Assembly: GCA_965203515.1 (NCBI GenBank) | Contig: OZ241907.1 | Coordinates: forward strand, 3,648,001-3,712,000 | Source: Spirochaetia bacterium | GTDB lineage: Bacteria > Spirochaetota > Spirochaetia > SZUA-6 > Bin103 | Length of the DNA: 64,000 nt | Reading direction: 5' to 3' | Shown here: positions 49,965 to 59,177 of the stretch, one piece after another | How the letters are laid out: every line of letters starts with the position of its first letter | Position numbering within the stretch: the stretch's first letter is position 1 | Program-made: the position numbers and the translations under genes | The notes under the pieces: model-generated | What the model was told of the DNA's origin: nothing | What the model saw: the letters and a program-made list of their open reading frames with translations, nothing else | Databases searched by the model: none

Positions 49965-51063
49965 GGATGCCGTGAACGCCGCGCAGCGCGTCTCCTCGTG
50001 GCCGATCGACGCCGACGCCGTCGACGACCTGGTCAGGGCGATCCGTCCCCTGCGCGTGGCGGTGATCGGCGACTTCTGCCTCGACGCCTACCTGATGCTC
50101 GCCGCCGCCGCCGAGCTGTCGGTCGAGACCGGCCGGCCGACCCGACCGGTCGTCGAGCAGCGCTACTCGCTCGGCGGCGCCGGCAACGTGGCCGCCAACC
50201 TCGCTGCCCTCGGCTGCGCGGAGGTACGCGCCTGCGGCGTGATCGGCGCGGACCCGTTCGGGGCCGAGGTGGCGCGCATCCTGCGCCGCACCGGGATCGA
50301 CACCGACGGCCTGCTGACTCAGGGCGCGGAGTGGGACACCTGTGCCTACGCCAAGCTGCTGGAGACCGGCGGGGCGGGGTATCGCGAGTCCGGCCGCATC
50401 GACTTCGGCGCCTTCAACCGGCTGCGGCCCGAGACGGCGGACCGGCTGGCCGCGCAGCTCGCCGGCGCGCTTGCGGCCGGCCGCGTCGATGCGGTGGTCA
50501 TCAACCAGCAGGTGCGGCGCGGCGTGCACGCCAAGCCCCTGCGTCGCCGCCTGCAGGACCTGATCCGCCGGCATCCGGCTCCCCTCTGGGTGACCGACAG
50601 CCGGGACTTCGCGGCGGACTTCGCGGGCACCGTCCTGAAGCTCAATGAGGCAGAGGCGGCGGCGGCGGCGGCGGGGGTCGAGCTCGCCGCAGGCGGTTCG
50701 CGCCGGCCGGCGGCCGCGGCCGCCGCCGAGCTGTTCCGGCGCTCGGCAAAACCGGTGTTCGTGACCCGCGGGGACCGCGGCTGCCTCGTCTGCGACGCCG
50801 CCGGCGTGATCGAGCTGCCGGCGCTTGCCTTCCGCACCGACCTCGATCCGGTCGGCGCCGGCGATGCGTTTCTGGCCGGTCTCACCGCCGCTCTGGCAGC
50901 CGGCCGCGCCCCGGCTCCGGCGGCGGCGTTCGGGAGCCTGGCGGCCGGCGTCACCGTCACCAAGCTGAACCGGACCGGCACCGCCTCGTCCCGTGAAGTA
51001 TGCGAGCTGGCGCGCGCGGCGAGCTATCGCTTCCGGCATGGTATGCTGCGCGATCATTCGTGA
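49963..51063 (+). CDS. PfkB-family carbohydrate kinase, RfaE/HldE kinase-domain-like
   Basis: VIGDFCLDAY, LGGAGNVAANL, KLNEAE, VTRG, DPVGAGDAF; start 49963 or 49972. Confidence 0.88.
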   Translation: MDAVNAAQRVSSWPIDADAVDDLVRAIRPLRVAVIGDFCLDAYLMLAAAAELSVETGRPTRPVVEQRYSLGGAGNVAANLAALGCAEVRACGVIGADPFGAEVARILRRTGIDTDGLLTQGAEWDTCAYAKLLETGGAGYRESGRIDFGAFNRLRPETADRLAAQLAGALAAGRVDAVVINQQVRRGVHAKPLRRRLQDLIRRHPAPLWVTDSRDFAADFAGTVLKLNEAEAAAAAAGVELAAGGSRRPAAAAAAELFRRSAKPVFVTRGDRGCLVCDAAGVIELPALAFRTDLDPVGAGDAFLAGLTAALAAGRAPAPAAAFGSLAAGVTVTKLNRTGTASSREVCELARAASYRFRHGMLRDHS

Positions 51064-51068
51064 GGGAC

Positions 51069-51473
51069 ATGGCTGTCGATAGCGCTGCGGCCGCGCGCTG
51101 GATAGCCGCTCGCCAAGCGCGGCGGGTCGAGGCGCTCCGGCGCCGGTTACGATCTGCGCAACGAGACGCGGCCCGGATCATCGCCGCGATCGCCGCGGAA
51201 TACCGGCCGCAGCGCATCTACCAGTGGGGATCGCTCGTTCATACGGAGCGGTTCACCGAGATATCCGACATCGACATCGCCGTCGAAGGGATCGGCTGCG
51301 ACGAGCATCTGCTCGCGACCATCCGGTCCCGGGCGGATGCGATGACCGACCTGCACGTCGATCTGGTCGTCATGGAGCGGCTCGACCCGGGGAGGGCCAA
51401 CCTCATTCGGCGCTTCGGCGCCGTGGCATGGCAAGCCGCCGACCAATGTCTGAACGCGGCCTCGACGAGCTGA
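51069..51473 (+). CDS. Minimal nucleotidyltransferase (MntA-like antitoxin)
   Basis: QWGSL..F...SDIDIAVEG, VDLV. Confidence 0.85.
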   Translation: MAVDSAAAARWIAARQARRVEALRRRLRSAQRDAARIIAAIAAEYRPQRIYQWGSLVHTERFTEISDIDIAVEGIGCDEHLLATIRSRADAMTDLHVDLVVMERLDPGRANLIRRFGAVAWQAADQCLNAASTS

Positions 51474-51943
51474 TCGCGGAACTGGCGCAGGCGCGTGACC
51501 GCCTGCGTGCGATCTACGCGAAGCTCGGACGTGCCCGGGAAACGACGCTGCCGCGCATCGGCCGAACCGATGACGGCGCGCTGGTCGTTGCCGGTTACCT
51601 GGAAACCTATTATACCGTCCTGGAGACCTTCTTCGTCCGCGTATCCGGCTTCTTCGAGAACAATCTGCCGCCGGGACGCTGGCACTCGGCCCTGTTGGAG
51701 AACATGACGCTGGAGATCGAAGGGCTTCGGGCCAGGGTCGTTGGGGAGCGCAATCTGGGTCGCCTGCGCGAGTTGCTCCGATTTCGCCACTTTCGTCGCT
51801 ACTACGTGGAGATGGAGTACGATTGGGCCCGCATCGACTTCCTGCTTGCGACCCTGGACGGCGCCCACCCGGCCGTGCTGAGCGATCTCGACCGGTTCGC
51901 TACGTTCCTGCGCCAGGTTCGCGACCGCGCCGGCTCCGGGTAA
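51446..51943 (+). CDS. HepT-like HEPN-domain protein
   Basis: YYTVLETFFVRV..FEN..WHSALL..M..LRFRHFRRYY; clear paralog of 27557-28036. Confidence 0.8.
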   Translation: MSERGLDELIAELAQARDRLRAIYAKLGRARETTLPRIGRTDDGALVVAGYLETYYTVLETFFVRVSGFFENNLPPGRWHSALLENMTLEIEGLRARVVGERNLGRLRELLRFRHFRRYYVEMEYDWARIDFLLATLDGAHPAVLSDLDRFATFLRQVRDRAGSG

Positions 51944-52997
51944 CCGGCTCATCCGCCGCTTCGGGCGGCAACTTCCGCTTGCGCCGCATGCGCGCATAGG
52001 ACTCCGGCGTGCCGTCGTGGAACGAGCCGAACCACCGGTCGAACGGAATGGCCGAGGCCCCGTAGTTGCATTCGAAGTGGCGATGGTGCAGGTAGTGGAA
52101 GTAGTTGTCGATCGAGATCCGCTTGTCGGTGTCTCTCTTGAGCACGAGTTGATCGAACCCGGCGTGTCCGAGCGCCGGACCTATGGCGGGACGCTGCATC
52201 AGATAGAGCATGTGAATCGGATGGGACGGCACCACCAGAAGGATGATCCACCGGGTGAAGTAGAGCAGATGCTCGATCGGGTGCATCGACAGCCCCGACC
52301 ACGGGCCGACGTTGGTGTTGCGATGATGCAGGTAGTGGGCGGCCTTGTAGAGCGGCTTCCAGTGCGAGATGCGGTGGACGACGTAGAAGTGCAGGTCATG
52401 CCAGAAGGGCAACACGGCGAAGAACGCCACGTGCCACACCGGATTGGCGCGCAGCTCGGCGAACGGCAACAAGCCGCGGCCGTAGGCCCAGAGCAGCAGG
52501 ACCTCGTACAGCGTCCAGACGGTCGCGCCGCTGGCGATGCTCCAGAACATGTTGTCCCACGTCTGATTGTTGAACAGGAACGCCTTGCTCCCGGTGCTCG
52601 GCCAGCGTTTGTTGTACTTGAAGCGCGTGCCCTGCGAGCGCCGCCAGTAGAGCAGCACGTGCCAGACGCCGGCGAGCACCAGCAGCAGCGCTACGTTGCG
52701 CGCGTACATCGGCAGGATCCAGTCGGCGCGGAGCTGCGCGAAGGTGGTCAGGTCGGGAGCGCCCGGTTGCAGGAACCGCCACGTGAGCGCGGCGAGCCCG
52801 TAGTAGAACGCCGCGCCGAACGGCCACAGGAAGCCCGGAAACCCCAGCAGGAAGCGCACCAGCTTCCGCGGCTGCGGCGGCCAGACGAAGGGCTGCCCTT
52901 TCTGCAACACCCGCGGCATCCATTCGCCTCTGGCGTCTCGAGTCGTCGCGCCGTCGTCGACGCGGGCGGCCGGCTCCGCTTGCCCTATCTCAGCCAT
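51900..52997 (-). CDS. Sterol desaturase/fatty acid hydroxylase family protein
   Basis: HFYVVHRISH, HYLHH, SGLSMHPIE, HYLHHRHFECNYG, DRWFGSF. Confidence 0.9.
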   Translation of the reverse strand: MAEIGQAEPAARVDDGATTRDARGEWMPRVLQKGQPFVWPPQPRKLVRFLLGFPGFLWPFGAAFYYGLAALTWRFLQPGAPDLTTFAQLRADWILPMYARNVALLLVLAGVWHVLLYWRRSQGTRFKYNKRWPSTGSKAFLFNNQTWDNMFWSIASGATVWTLYEVLLLWAYGRGLLPFAELRANPVWHVAFFAVLPFWHDLHFYVVHRISHWKPLYKAAHYLHHRNTNVGPWSGLSMHPIEHLLYFTRWIILLVVPSHPIHMLYLMQRPAIGPALGHAGFDQLVLKRDTDKRISIDNYFHYLHHRHFECNYGASAIPFDRWFGSFHDGTPESYARMRRKRKLPPEAADEPVTRSRRGREPGAGT

Positions 52998-53006
52998 GGG
53001 CCCCAA

Positions 53007-53036
53007 ACGATGGTCCCGCATGCGCGATGTTGTCAA
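53007..53036 (-). promoter_or_regulatory. Putative sigma70 promoter for the sterol desaturase gene
   Basis: TTGACA-18 nt-CATCGT, 9 nt upstream of ATG 52997. Confidence 0.45.
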
Positions 53037-53099
53037 TCGGCGTCCGGTTGGTCCGGGCGGCGGTCTTGGCCCCAATCTCCCTTGCGAGCCGCCTTCGGT

Positions 53100-53489
53100 C
53101 TACGCCCGACGCTCCCGCAACGCCGAAACGCGCGCAAGGTGACCGTAGTCGCGATCGCGGTGCAGCACCTCGATTCCATGCCGGAGCGCGCAGGCGGCGA
53201 TCAGGCAATCGACCGACGAGCGAACGGTGAGTCCGTTCTTGCGCGCCGTCCGGTACAGGTCGATCGCTTCGTCGAATACCTCCGCACGCAGCGGGCACTC
53301 GATGATCGGCATGGCGAGCATCGATTCGCGTGCCGTTCGAAACGCGAACTCGTCGGGAAACCCTTGGAGCACCTCCTGGACCACCGGCAGGCAGGTTACG
53401 ACCTCATCGATGGGGACCGCCGCGGTGAGGTCGAACGTGCTGTCGCGGCGGAACGTCTCGATCCAGATCGACGTGTCGACGAGGGTCAC
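53100..53489 (-). CDS. vapC: VapC PIN-domain ribonuclease toxin
   Basis: LVDTSIW, QEVLQG, VDCLIAA, HRDRDY. Confidence 0.92.
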   Translation of the reverse strand: MTLVDTSIWIETFRRDSTFDLTAAVPIDEVVTCLPVVQEVLQGFPDEFAFRTARESMLAMPIIECPLRAEVFDEAIDLYRTARKNGLTVRSSVDCLIAACALRHGIEVLHRDRDYGHLARVSALRERRA

Positions 53490-53698
53490 CGGCTCCCGCT
53501 GCCTCGGTCGTCTCTCATCTCTTCGAGATCGGCTTCCCAGAGCCCCGAACCTGCAAGCGAGAGGATCCGCCGTGCCTTGACGTGGCGCACGAACTCGTGG
53601 AGAGCCCGCTGAACGGTAGCCGAATAGGTCTTCTCGCCACTGAGCCGGACGGCTTCTTCCAGTATCCCTTCATCCAACACAAGATTTGTGCGTTTCAT
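53486..53698 (-). CDS. vapB: VapB-family antitoxin
   Basis: MKRTNLVLDE..WEADLEEMR; GTGA overlap with vapC. Confidence 0.9.
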   Translation of the reverse strand: MKRTNLVLDEGILEEAVRLSGEKTYSATVQRALHEFVRHVKARRILSLAGSGLWEADLEEMRDDRGSGSR

Positions 53699-53768
53699 GT
53701 GTATAGACAGTACCGATCACCGTGCCTGCGAACAACCGCTCGGAGAACCGCTCGCCGGGGTGGGCCGA

Positions 53769-53797
53769 TTGACGAGACGTGAGAAACCGGTCACCGT
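53769..53797 (+). promoter_or_regulatory. Putative leaderless sigma70 promoter for the PhyH gene
   Basis: TTGACG-17 nt-CACCGT-6 nt-ATG 53804; no RBS. Confidence 0.45.
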
Positions 53798-53803
53798 CTC
53801 GGC

Positions 53804-54625
53804 ATGGAAACGGCAACACTGGTCAGCGCGGCGCCGAACGGTTCCGCTCCGGTCGTCCAGGCCGACGTCGATTTCTTTCACGAGAACGGCTTTCTGCGGA
53901 TTCCGTCGGTGTTCACTCCCGAAGAGAGCCAGGCGCAGGCGGACGATCTCGGCCGCCTGGCCCGCGAGTGGGCGACCGTCGACCGGCGCTGGCCCGGCCC
54001 CTGGCGCAAGGTCTACATGGACGAGGAGGAGGAACAGGGCGCGAGACTGGAAGCGATGCACGAGCTGCACTGCTACTCCCGGGCGTGGCTCGATGCGGTG
54101 ACCAGTCCGCGGCTGATCGCCTGCCTGGTGCCGCTCCTCGGCCCCGACATCGAGCTGCATCATTCGGTCATGCACACCAAGCCGCCCGGCGGACAGGTGT
54201 TTCCGATGCACCAGGATCATCCGTTCTACCCGCACGACGACGGTCGCTACCTCGACGTGTTGGTGCACCTCGACGACACCGGTCACGAGAACGGGGAGCT
54301 ACGCTTCCTGGCCGGATCGCACCGGCTGGGTCCGCTCGAGCACATCCGCGGCACGGAGGAGGAGCCGTCGGCGCCGCACCTGCCGACCGACGAGTACCGG
54401 CTGGCGGATTCGGTCGCGGCGCCGGCCAAGCGGGGCGACGTGATCGTGTTCAGCTACTACACCGTGCACGGCTCCTACATCAATCGGACGGACCGGGCGC
54501 GGCGCATGGTCCGCATCGGCTATCGGCACCCGCACAACCGGCAGAGCGACGGCGGGGCGGTCAAGTCCGGCATCATGGTGTCCGGCTACCGCCAGCGCCG
54601 CGGCGAGGAGCCGCTGCTGTTCTGA
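53804..54625 (+). CDS. Phytanoyl-CoA dioxygenase (PhyH) family Fe(II)/2OG oxygenase
   Basis: FFHENGFL, MHQD (HxD), NGELRFLAGSH, GDVIVF..TVHGS, R. Confidence 0.92.
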   Translation: METATLVSAAPNGSAPVVQADVDFFHENGFLRIPSVFTPEESQAQADDLGRLAREWATVDRRWPGPWRKVYMDEEEEQGARLEAMHELHCYSRAWLDAVTSPRLIACLVPLLGPDIELHHSVMHTKPPGGQVFPMHQDHPFYPHDDGRYLDVLVHLDDTGHENGELRFLAGSHRLGPLEHIRGTEEEPSAPHLPTDEYRLADSVAAPAKRGDVIVFSYYTVHGSYINRTDRARRMVRIGYRHPHNRQSDGGAVKSGIMVSGYRQRRGEEPLLF

Positions 54626-54641
54626 ACCGGACCGTTTACCC

Positions 54642-56132
54642 CTACCGGGTGTCGGGCTGCCAGATACGGTTCTCGCGCGCTTCGAAGAATCCCCGGTTGG
54701 TGGGGGCCAGCTTCCAGAGCTCCACGCTGCGGAAGGTGGTCGGAGCTACCTTGTCGCCGCCGCCGAAGAGGTAGGCGCGCACCTGGGCGCCGCCGTCGCG
54801 GTACCCCATGAACGCGCTCAGAGCGGCTTGGCGGCCGTTGGCGAATACCTCCACCAGGTACTTGTCGACGAAGATGCGGAGCTCCACGTCCTCGCCCGCC
54901 GGCAGCTCCGCCACGGCGAAGGGCGCCTCGGTGTCGCCGACGCAGAGCGTGCCGGTCTCCGGCCGCAGCAGGACGAGGAGTCCCGCGTCGCGGTCATCGG
55001 CGAACAGCCGGACGCCGAATCGCTTCCGTTCCGCCTGCGCGCGGTCGACGGTGACGCGTAGCTCGAACGCGTCGCCGTCCAGGTCGGCGATTCGCGCGCT
55101 CGTGTGGTGCGGCGCGCCCCGTCTCACGTCCGGGGTGATCGTCACGTCGCGGATCGTGACCGGCTCGCGGCGCAGCGACGCCAGCTCCCTGAGCGGCTCG
55201 ATGCGCAGGCTGCCGTCGTCATGCAGACTCAACTCGCGCGGCAGGGACTGCACGGTCCGCAGGTCGATCGCGGGGTCGGCGGTCGCCAGCCACGCCCACA
55301 TCACCCGCCTGCCGTCCGGCGTCAGCACGCTTTCCGGCGCGAAGACGTCGCGGCAGGCCGGATCGGCCAGCGACTGGCCGGCGCGCCGCCAGTTCATGCG
55401 TCCGTGCCGCTCCGGGACGAACTGCTCGGCGCCGGCGTCCCAGTCGCCCAGGTAGTACCGGCAGCCGAGCTGGTGGCTGATGCAGAGGAGCATCCACCGG
55501 TCGCCGAACGGGAAGAGATTGGCGCAGGAGGTGTCCTCGCCCAGGGCGACGTCCGGCAGCTCGCGCTGCATGAGCGGGCCCACGTAGGTCCAGTCGACCA
55601 GGTCGGTCGACTTGCACAGTTGCAGATTGTCGCCGGCCGCATAGGCGTAGCAGGTGTCGCCGACCTGGAACAGGTCCGGGTCGCCGAGCAGCCGCACGGC
55701 CTTGCCGGGCGGGACGCCCCGCGGCACGACGGCGCGGGGCTTCCGCCAGGAGCTGAGCTCGCGGTCGTCGGCGACCGTGAGGAAGGTGTGGCGCGGCTCG
55801 CACACACCGGCGTAGATCGCGGCCGGCTTGCCCTCCCCGGTGATGAATCCGGTACCGCTGAACATCCCGTGGCCGGTGAAGGAGGGCTGCAGCTTCGTGG
55901 TCTGCCACGTCCAGTGCAGCATGTCCGGGCTGGTGACGTGGATGAACGAGAACGACGACGACGTCCCGTCAGGCCGCCGCGCCGGCCCGCCGCGCCACGG
56001 ATGCCGCAGGATGTAGTGGAGGTGGCAGGTGCCGTCCAGGTAGTAGGCGAGGTTGGGATCGCCCGGCGCGCTGTCGCCGCCCGGGTGCATCAGATGGTAA
56101 TTGAGCGCCAGCTCGTCGGTCACGATCGCCAT
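54642..56132 (-). CDS. GH32-like glycoside hydrolase with non-canonical motifs
   Basis: YHLMH..GDPN, HVTSPDMLHW, MFSG, GDP, FAPES, RVMWAW, SLPREL, IFVDKYLVEVF. Confidence 0.82.
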   Translation of the reverse strand: MAIVTDELALNYHLMHPGGDSAPGDPNLAYYLDGTCHLHYILRHPWRGGPARRPDGTSSSFSFIHVTSPDMLHWTWQTTKLQPSFTGHGMFSGTGFITGEGKPAAIYAGVCEPRHTFLTVADDRELSSWRKPRAVVPRGVPPGKAVRLLGDPDLFQVGDTCYAYAAGDNLQLCKSTDLVDWTYVGPLMQRELPDVALGEDTSCANLFPFGDRWMLLCISHQLGCRYYLGDWDAGAEQFVPERHGRMNWRRAGQSLADPACRDVFAPESVLTPDGRRVMWAWLATADPAIDLRTVQSLPRELSLHDDGSLRIEPLRELASLRREPVTIRDVTITPDVRRGAPHHTSARIADLDGDAFELRVTVDRAQAERKRFGVRLFADDRDAGLLVLLRPETGTLCVGDTEAPFAVAELPAGEDVELRIFVDKYLVEVFANGRQAALSAFMGYRDGGAQVRAYLFGGGDKVAPTTFRSVELWKLAPTNRGFFEARENRIWQPDTR

Positions 56133-56905
56133 CAGGTACTCCGCTCTGCGCGAAACGCCTCGACGCCGGCGCGCGCGGCGTTGGTGAGCAGCACGAAGTC
56201 CGGCCCGTATCCCAGGAAGGTGAGCCCGCGGTCGCGCCAGCGCACCAGGTCTTCCGGCATGGCGGAGCCGGTGCCCAGGGCGACTCCGTTCGCCGCGCAC
56301 ACCTGGATCGCGCGGTCGACCAGCCGGTCCATCGCCGGATGCGGCATCTCCAACGGGCTCACCCCGTAGTTGAGGTACAGGTCCCACAGGCCGAGGTACA
56401 GCGCGTCGACCCCCGGGACCGCGGTGATCTCCTCCAGGCTCTCCATCGCTTCCCGCGTCTCCAGGAGGAACGCGACCAGGATGTTGCGGTTGGCGCGCGT
56501 CAGGTAGTCCGGGTAGTCCAGGGTGTACTGCGACGCCCGCAGCGGGCCGAAGCCGCGGTTCCCTTCCGGCGGATAGCGAGTCGCCCGCACCACCTGCCGC
56601 GCCTGTTCCGCGCTGCGCAGCAGCGGCACGATGATCCCCAGGGCGCCGATGTCCAGGGAGCGCTGGATGAAGACCTGGTCGGAGTTGGGGATGCGTACGA
56701 TCGGGACCGCGGCGGAGCCGTTGACCGCCATCAGCATGTGCTGCACCTCGGCCATGTCCAGACCGTTGTGCTCCATCTCGATCACGATGAAGTCGAAGCC
56801 GGAGCAGGCCATCTGCTCGGCGACGTTCGGGCTCCCCATGCCCAGGAAGCAGCCTACCGTCGGCTGCCCGGCCTTGAGCTTCTCCCTGACGTGGTTGGTT
56901 CTCAT
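56132..56905 (-). CDS. HpcH/HpaI aldolase family protein
   Basis: DFIVIEMEH, IVR, LDIGALG, YPPEGNRG, LETREA, LGLWDL. Confidence 0.92.
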   Translation of the reverse strand: MRTNHVREKLKAGQPTVGCFLGMGSPNVAEQMACSGFDFIVIEMEHNGLDMAEVQHMLMAVNGSAAVPIVRIPNSDQVFIQRSLDIGALGIIVPLLRSAEQARQVVRATRYPPEGNRGFGPLRASQYTLDYPDYLTRANRNILVAFLLETREAMESLEEITAVPGVDALYLGLWDLYLNYGVSPLEMPHPAMDRLVDRAIQVCAANGVALGTGSAMPEDLVRWRDRGLTFLGYGPDFVLLTNAARAGVEAFRAERST

Positions 56906-56915
56906 CTCGGTCGCG

Positions 56916-58028
56916 TCACTCCGGCAGATAGAGGTAGAGGGCGTCGATCCCCGCAGGCCGCGGAGCGCGATCCGCAAGCGCCCGGTACGGCTTGCTCACG
57001 ATTCCGGGGCGCCCGTCGAGCTCGATGACCTGCGCTTCGTGGGTTCCGACCCCGGTGTCGATGACCCGCTCCTCCATCCGATCCCCGCGGCTCAGAAAGA
57101 GCAGCTGGGCGGGTGGGTGCGGGAGGGTCCAATCTCCCCGCCCCATCTCTCCCACGTACAGGTCCGGGCGGCCGTCACCATCGAAGTCGGCCACCTGCAG
57201 CGTGTGCGCGTCCAGCAGCCGGTCGTGCAACACCTCGTCTTCCCACGGACGCTCGACGTCCGCCCCCGGTCTGAACAGCGCGAGGCGCCCGTACGTCCGG
57301 CCGATGTCTAGAGCCACCTCGCAGAGGGCTATCTCCGGGCGCCCGTCACCGTCGAAATCGGCGGCGACCACCCGCACGCCGCCGTAGTCCCGGGCGTAGA
57401 CGTGTCGTTCCCACCCGCCATTCGGCAGCAGGCGATACCAGGAACAGCCCGCGATCAGTTCCAGTCTGCCATCGCCGTCGACGTCGGCAGCCGCGAGCGC
57501 CTGCTCGTCCACGCCGGTCACGACGGGCCGCACGTCCGGCCATGGCGTGACGTATGGATCGTCGGGCAGCGGGACCGTGAAGAGCGTCTCGGCGTCCTGA
57601 TTCCAGACGTACAACTCCTGCCGTCCATCGCCGTCGATGTCCGCCAGCAAGAGGTCGTGGGTTCGGCTTGCCGGCAGCGGGAACGCGGTTCGGCGTACCC
57701 ACCGTTGGGAAGGATCGGCCGGGCATTCCCACCAGTAGACGCAGTTGCCTCGATCGCTGGTGCCGGCGATCAGGTCGAGGCGGCCACTGCCGGTGAGGTC
57801 GGCCAGTGCGCCGCCGACGCTGACGCTCGGGAAGGTGTCATCGATCAGATGCGGTCGCCAGGCGCCGCCGCTCGTTCTGCCGAACCAGTGGAGCTGACTG
57901 GGATGGCGGGTGGAGATGACGAACTCGGGCACGCCGTCACGGTCCAGATCACCCACCAGACACGACATGCGTTCGGCGGGCGGTCCCTCGTAGATCGTGT
58001 GGCGGCGGAAGACCGGCAACTCGGGCAT
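56916..58028 (-). CDS. FG-GAP/VCBS-repeat beta-propeller protein, no signal peptide
   Basis: Repeated D-x-D-G-D-G-x-x-[ED] motifs (DLDRDG, DIDGDG, DVDGDG, DFDGDG twice); GGAGG RBS. Confidence 0.82.
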   Translation of the reverse strand: MPELPVFRRHTIYEGPPAERMSCLVGDLDRDGVPEFVISTRHPSQLHWFGRTSGGAWRPHLIDDTFPSVSVGGALADLTGSGRLDLIAGTSDRGNCVYWWECPADPSQRWVRRTAFPLPASRTHDLLLADIDGDGRQELYVWNQDAETLFTVPLPDDPYVTPWPDVRPVVTGVDEQALAAADVDGDGRLELIAGCSWYRLLPNGGWERHVYARDYGGVRVVAADFDGDGRPEIALCEVALDIGRTYGRLALFRPGADVERPWEDEVLHDRLLDAHTLQVADFDGDGRPDLYVGEMGRGDWTLPHPPAQLLFLSRGDRMEERVIDTGVGTHEAQVIELDGRPGIVSKPYRALADRAPRPAGIDALYLYLPE

Positions 58029-58181
58029 GCGGCGCACCTCCGGCGTTTGACCTGCGCTTCGCCGGGCAGGCCGGCTCCGCCGCGAAGTCACCGCACAGCA
58101 TAGGCTGGGCGGGCTCAGGCGTCGACCCATGACGATGGCGATTCGGGCCGCGCCGCCGGACATCCTTCCCCCGGTTCGTTC

Positions 58182-58211
58182 TTGAAAGAGCGTGTGTCGG
58201 GTGGCTATACT
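58182..58211 (+). promoter_or_regulatory. Putative sigma70 promoter of the NHLP export operon
   Basis: TTGAAA-18 nt-TATACT, ~55 nt upstream of TTG 58266, which has a GAGGAG RBS. Confidence 0.6.
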
Positions 58212-58265
58212 GCGCCGGCGGCTCGGTCAGGTGCGGCCGGCAGATGACGATGAGGAGCGTGGCAC

Positions 58266-59177
58266 TTGTTCTATAGCAAAGTATTCCGAGAGGAGGCCGT
58301 CGCCCGCCGGTCGCGCCCGGAGCCTCTGGACGGGCGGCTCCAGGTCACGGCCCCTCACGAGTGGATCGTGCTGGCCGGACTCTGCATGGCGTTGCTCGTG
58401 TTCCTGGCCTGGGGGGTGTTCGGAAGTGTCGACCGCACTCTGTCGGCGCCGGCCGTAGTGGTCCAACCGGGCCAGCGCTACCCCGTGGTATCCCCCGTGT
58501 CCGGCAACGTCATCGAGGTACTGGCCGAAGTGGGCGCCGCCGTCAAGCCGGGGCAGCCGATCGCCCGCGTGGAGTTGCCGGAGGCGGAGCGCCAGGCGCG
58601 GATCACGCGGACCATCGTGGGCGCTGTCGAGGACGGCCTGCGTGACGCCGATGCCGCCACCACCGCGGTCCGGGAGGCGCTGCTCGCGGCGGCGCGCACC
58701 GAGCTGGGAGCGATCGAGCGCGACGCCAGCCAATCGATCGTGGTTCCACGCGATGCTCCGCGCGAGGGAACGCTGGTCGTACAGCGCCTGGCTGCGGATC
58801 AGCCGATCCGCGCCGGCGAGATGGTCGCTCAGGTGGTGCTCGGCAGGTCCGCCGATGCCTGGGAGGCGTTCGCCTTCGTGACGTCGCAGGACGCCGAGCG
58901 GCTGGCGGCGGACATGGCCGCGAAGGTGCTGTTGGCGTCTGATGACCCGGGCGCAGGCGGGTTGGAAGCCCGCGTGCTGGAAGTATCCTCCCGACCGGTC
59001 GCCGCCCCCGCATGGCTGGCCGACCTGGGGCTGACGACTCCCGTCCCCGCCCACCTGCTGCGGCTGGTCCTGAACGGTCCGCCGCCCGAGTCGCTTGCCG
59101 ACGGAGCGGATGGACGCGTGCGGATCGTGTTGGGGCGGCAGTCACCGGCAGCGCTGCTGGTCGGCGGGAGCGGCTGA
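58266..59177 (+). CDS. NHLP/NHLM bacteriocin system secretion protein (HlyD-like membrane fusion protein)
   Basis: VFREEA..PEPLD..LQVT, TM helix ending WGVFG, lipoyl-like half motif; first gene of the trio. Confidence 0.8.
   Translation: MFYSKVFREEAVARRSRPEPLDGRLQVTAPHEWIVLAGLCMALLVFLAWGVFGSVDRTLSAPAVVVQPGQRYPVVSPVSGNVIEVLAEVGAAVKPGQPIARVELPEAERQARITRTIVGAVEDGLRDADAATTAVREALLAAARTELGAIERDASQSIVVPRDAPREGTLVVQRLAADQPIRAGEMVAQVVLGRSADAWEAFAFVTSQDAERLAADMAAKVLLASDDPGAGGLEARVLEVSSRPVAAPAWLADLGLTTPVPAHLLRLVLNGPPPESLADGADGRVRIVLGRQSPAALLVGGSG

Noticed and set aside
49963..51063. Full bifunctional hldE
   Set aside because: Only the kinase domain is present; no nucleotidyltransferase domain or gmh genes are adjacent.
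58029..58265. RiPP precursor ORF upstream of the export trio
   Set aside because: No short ORF with an NHLP/Nif11 leader or double-Gly motif; the region holds the promoter.
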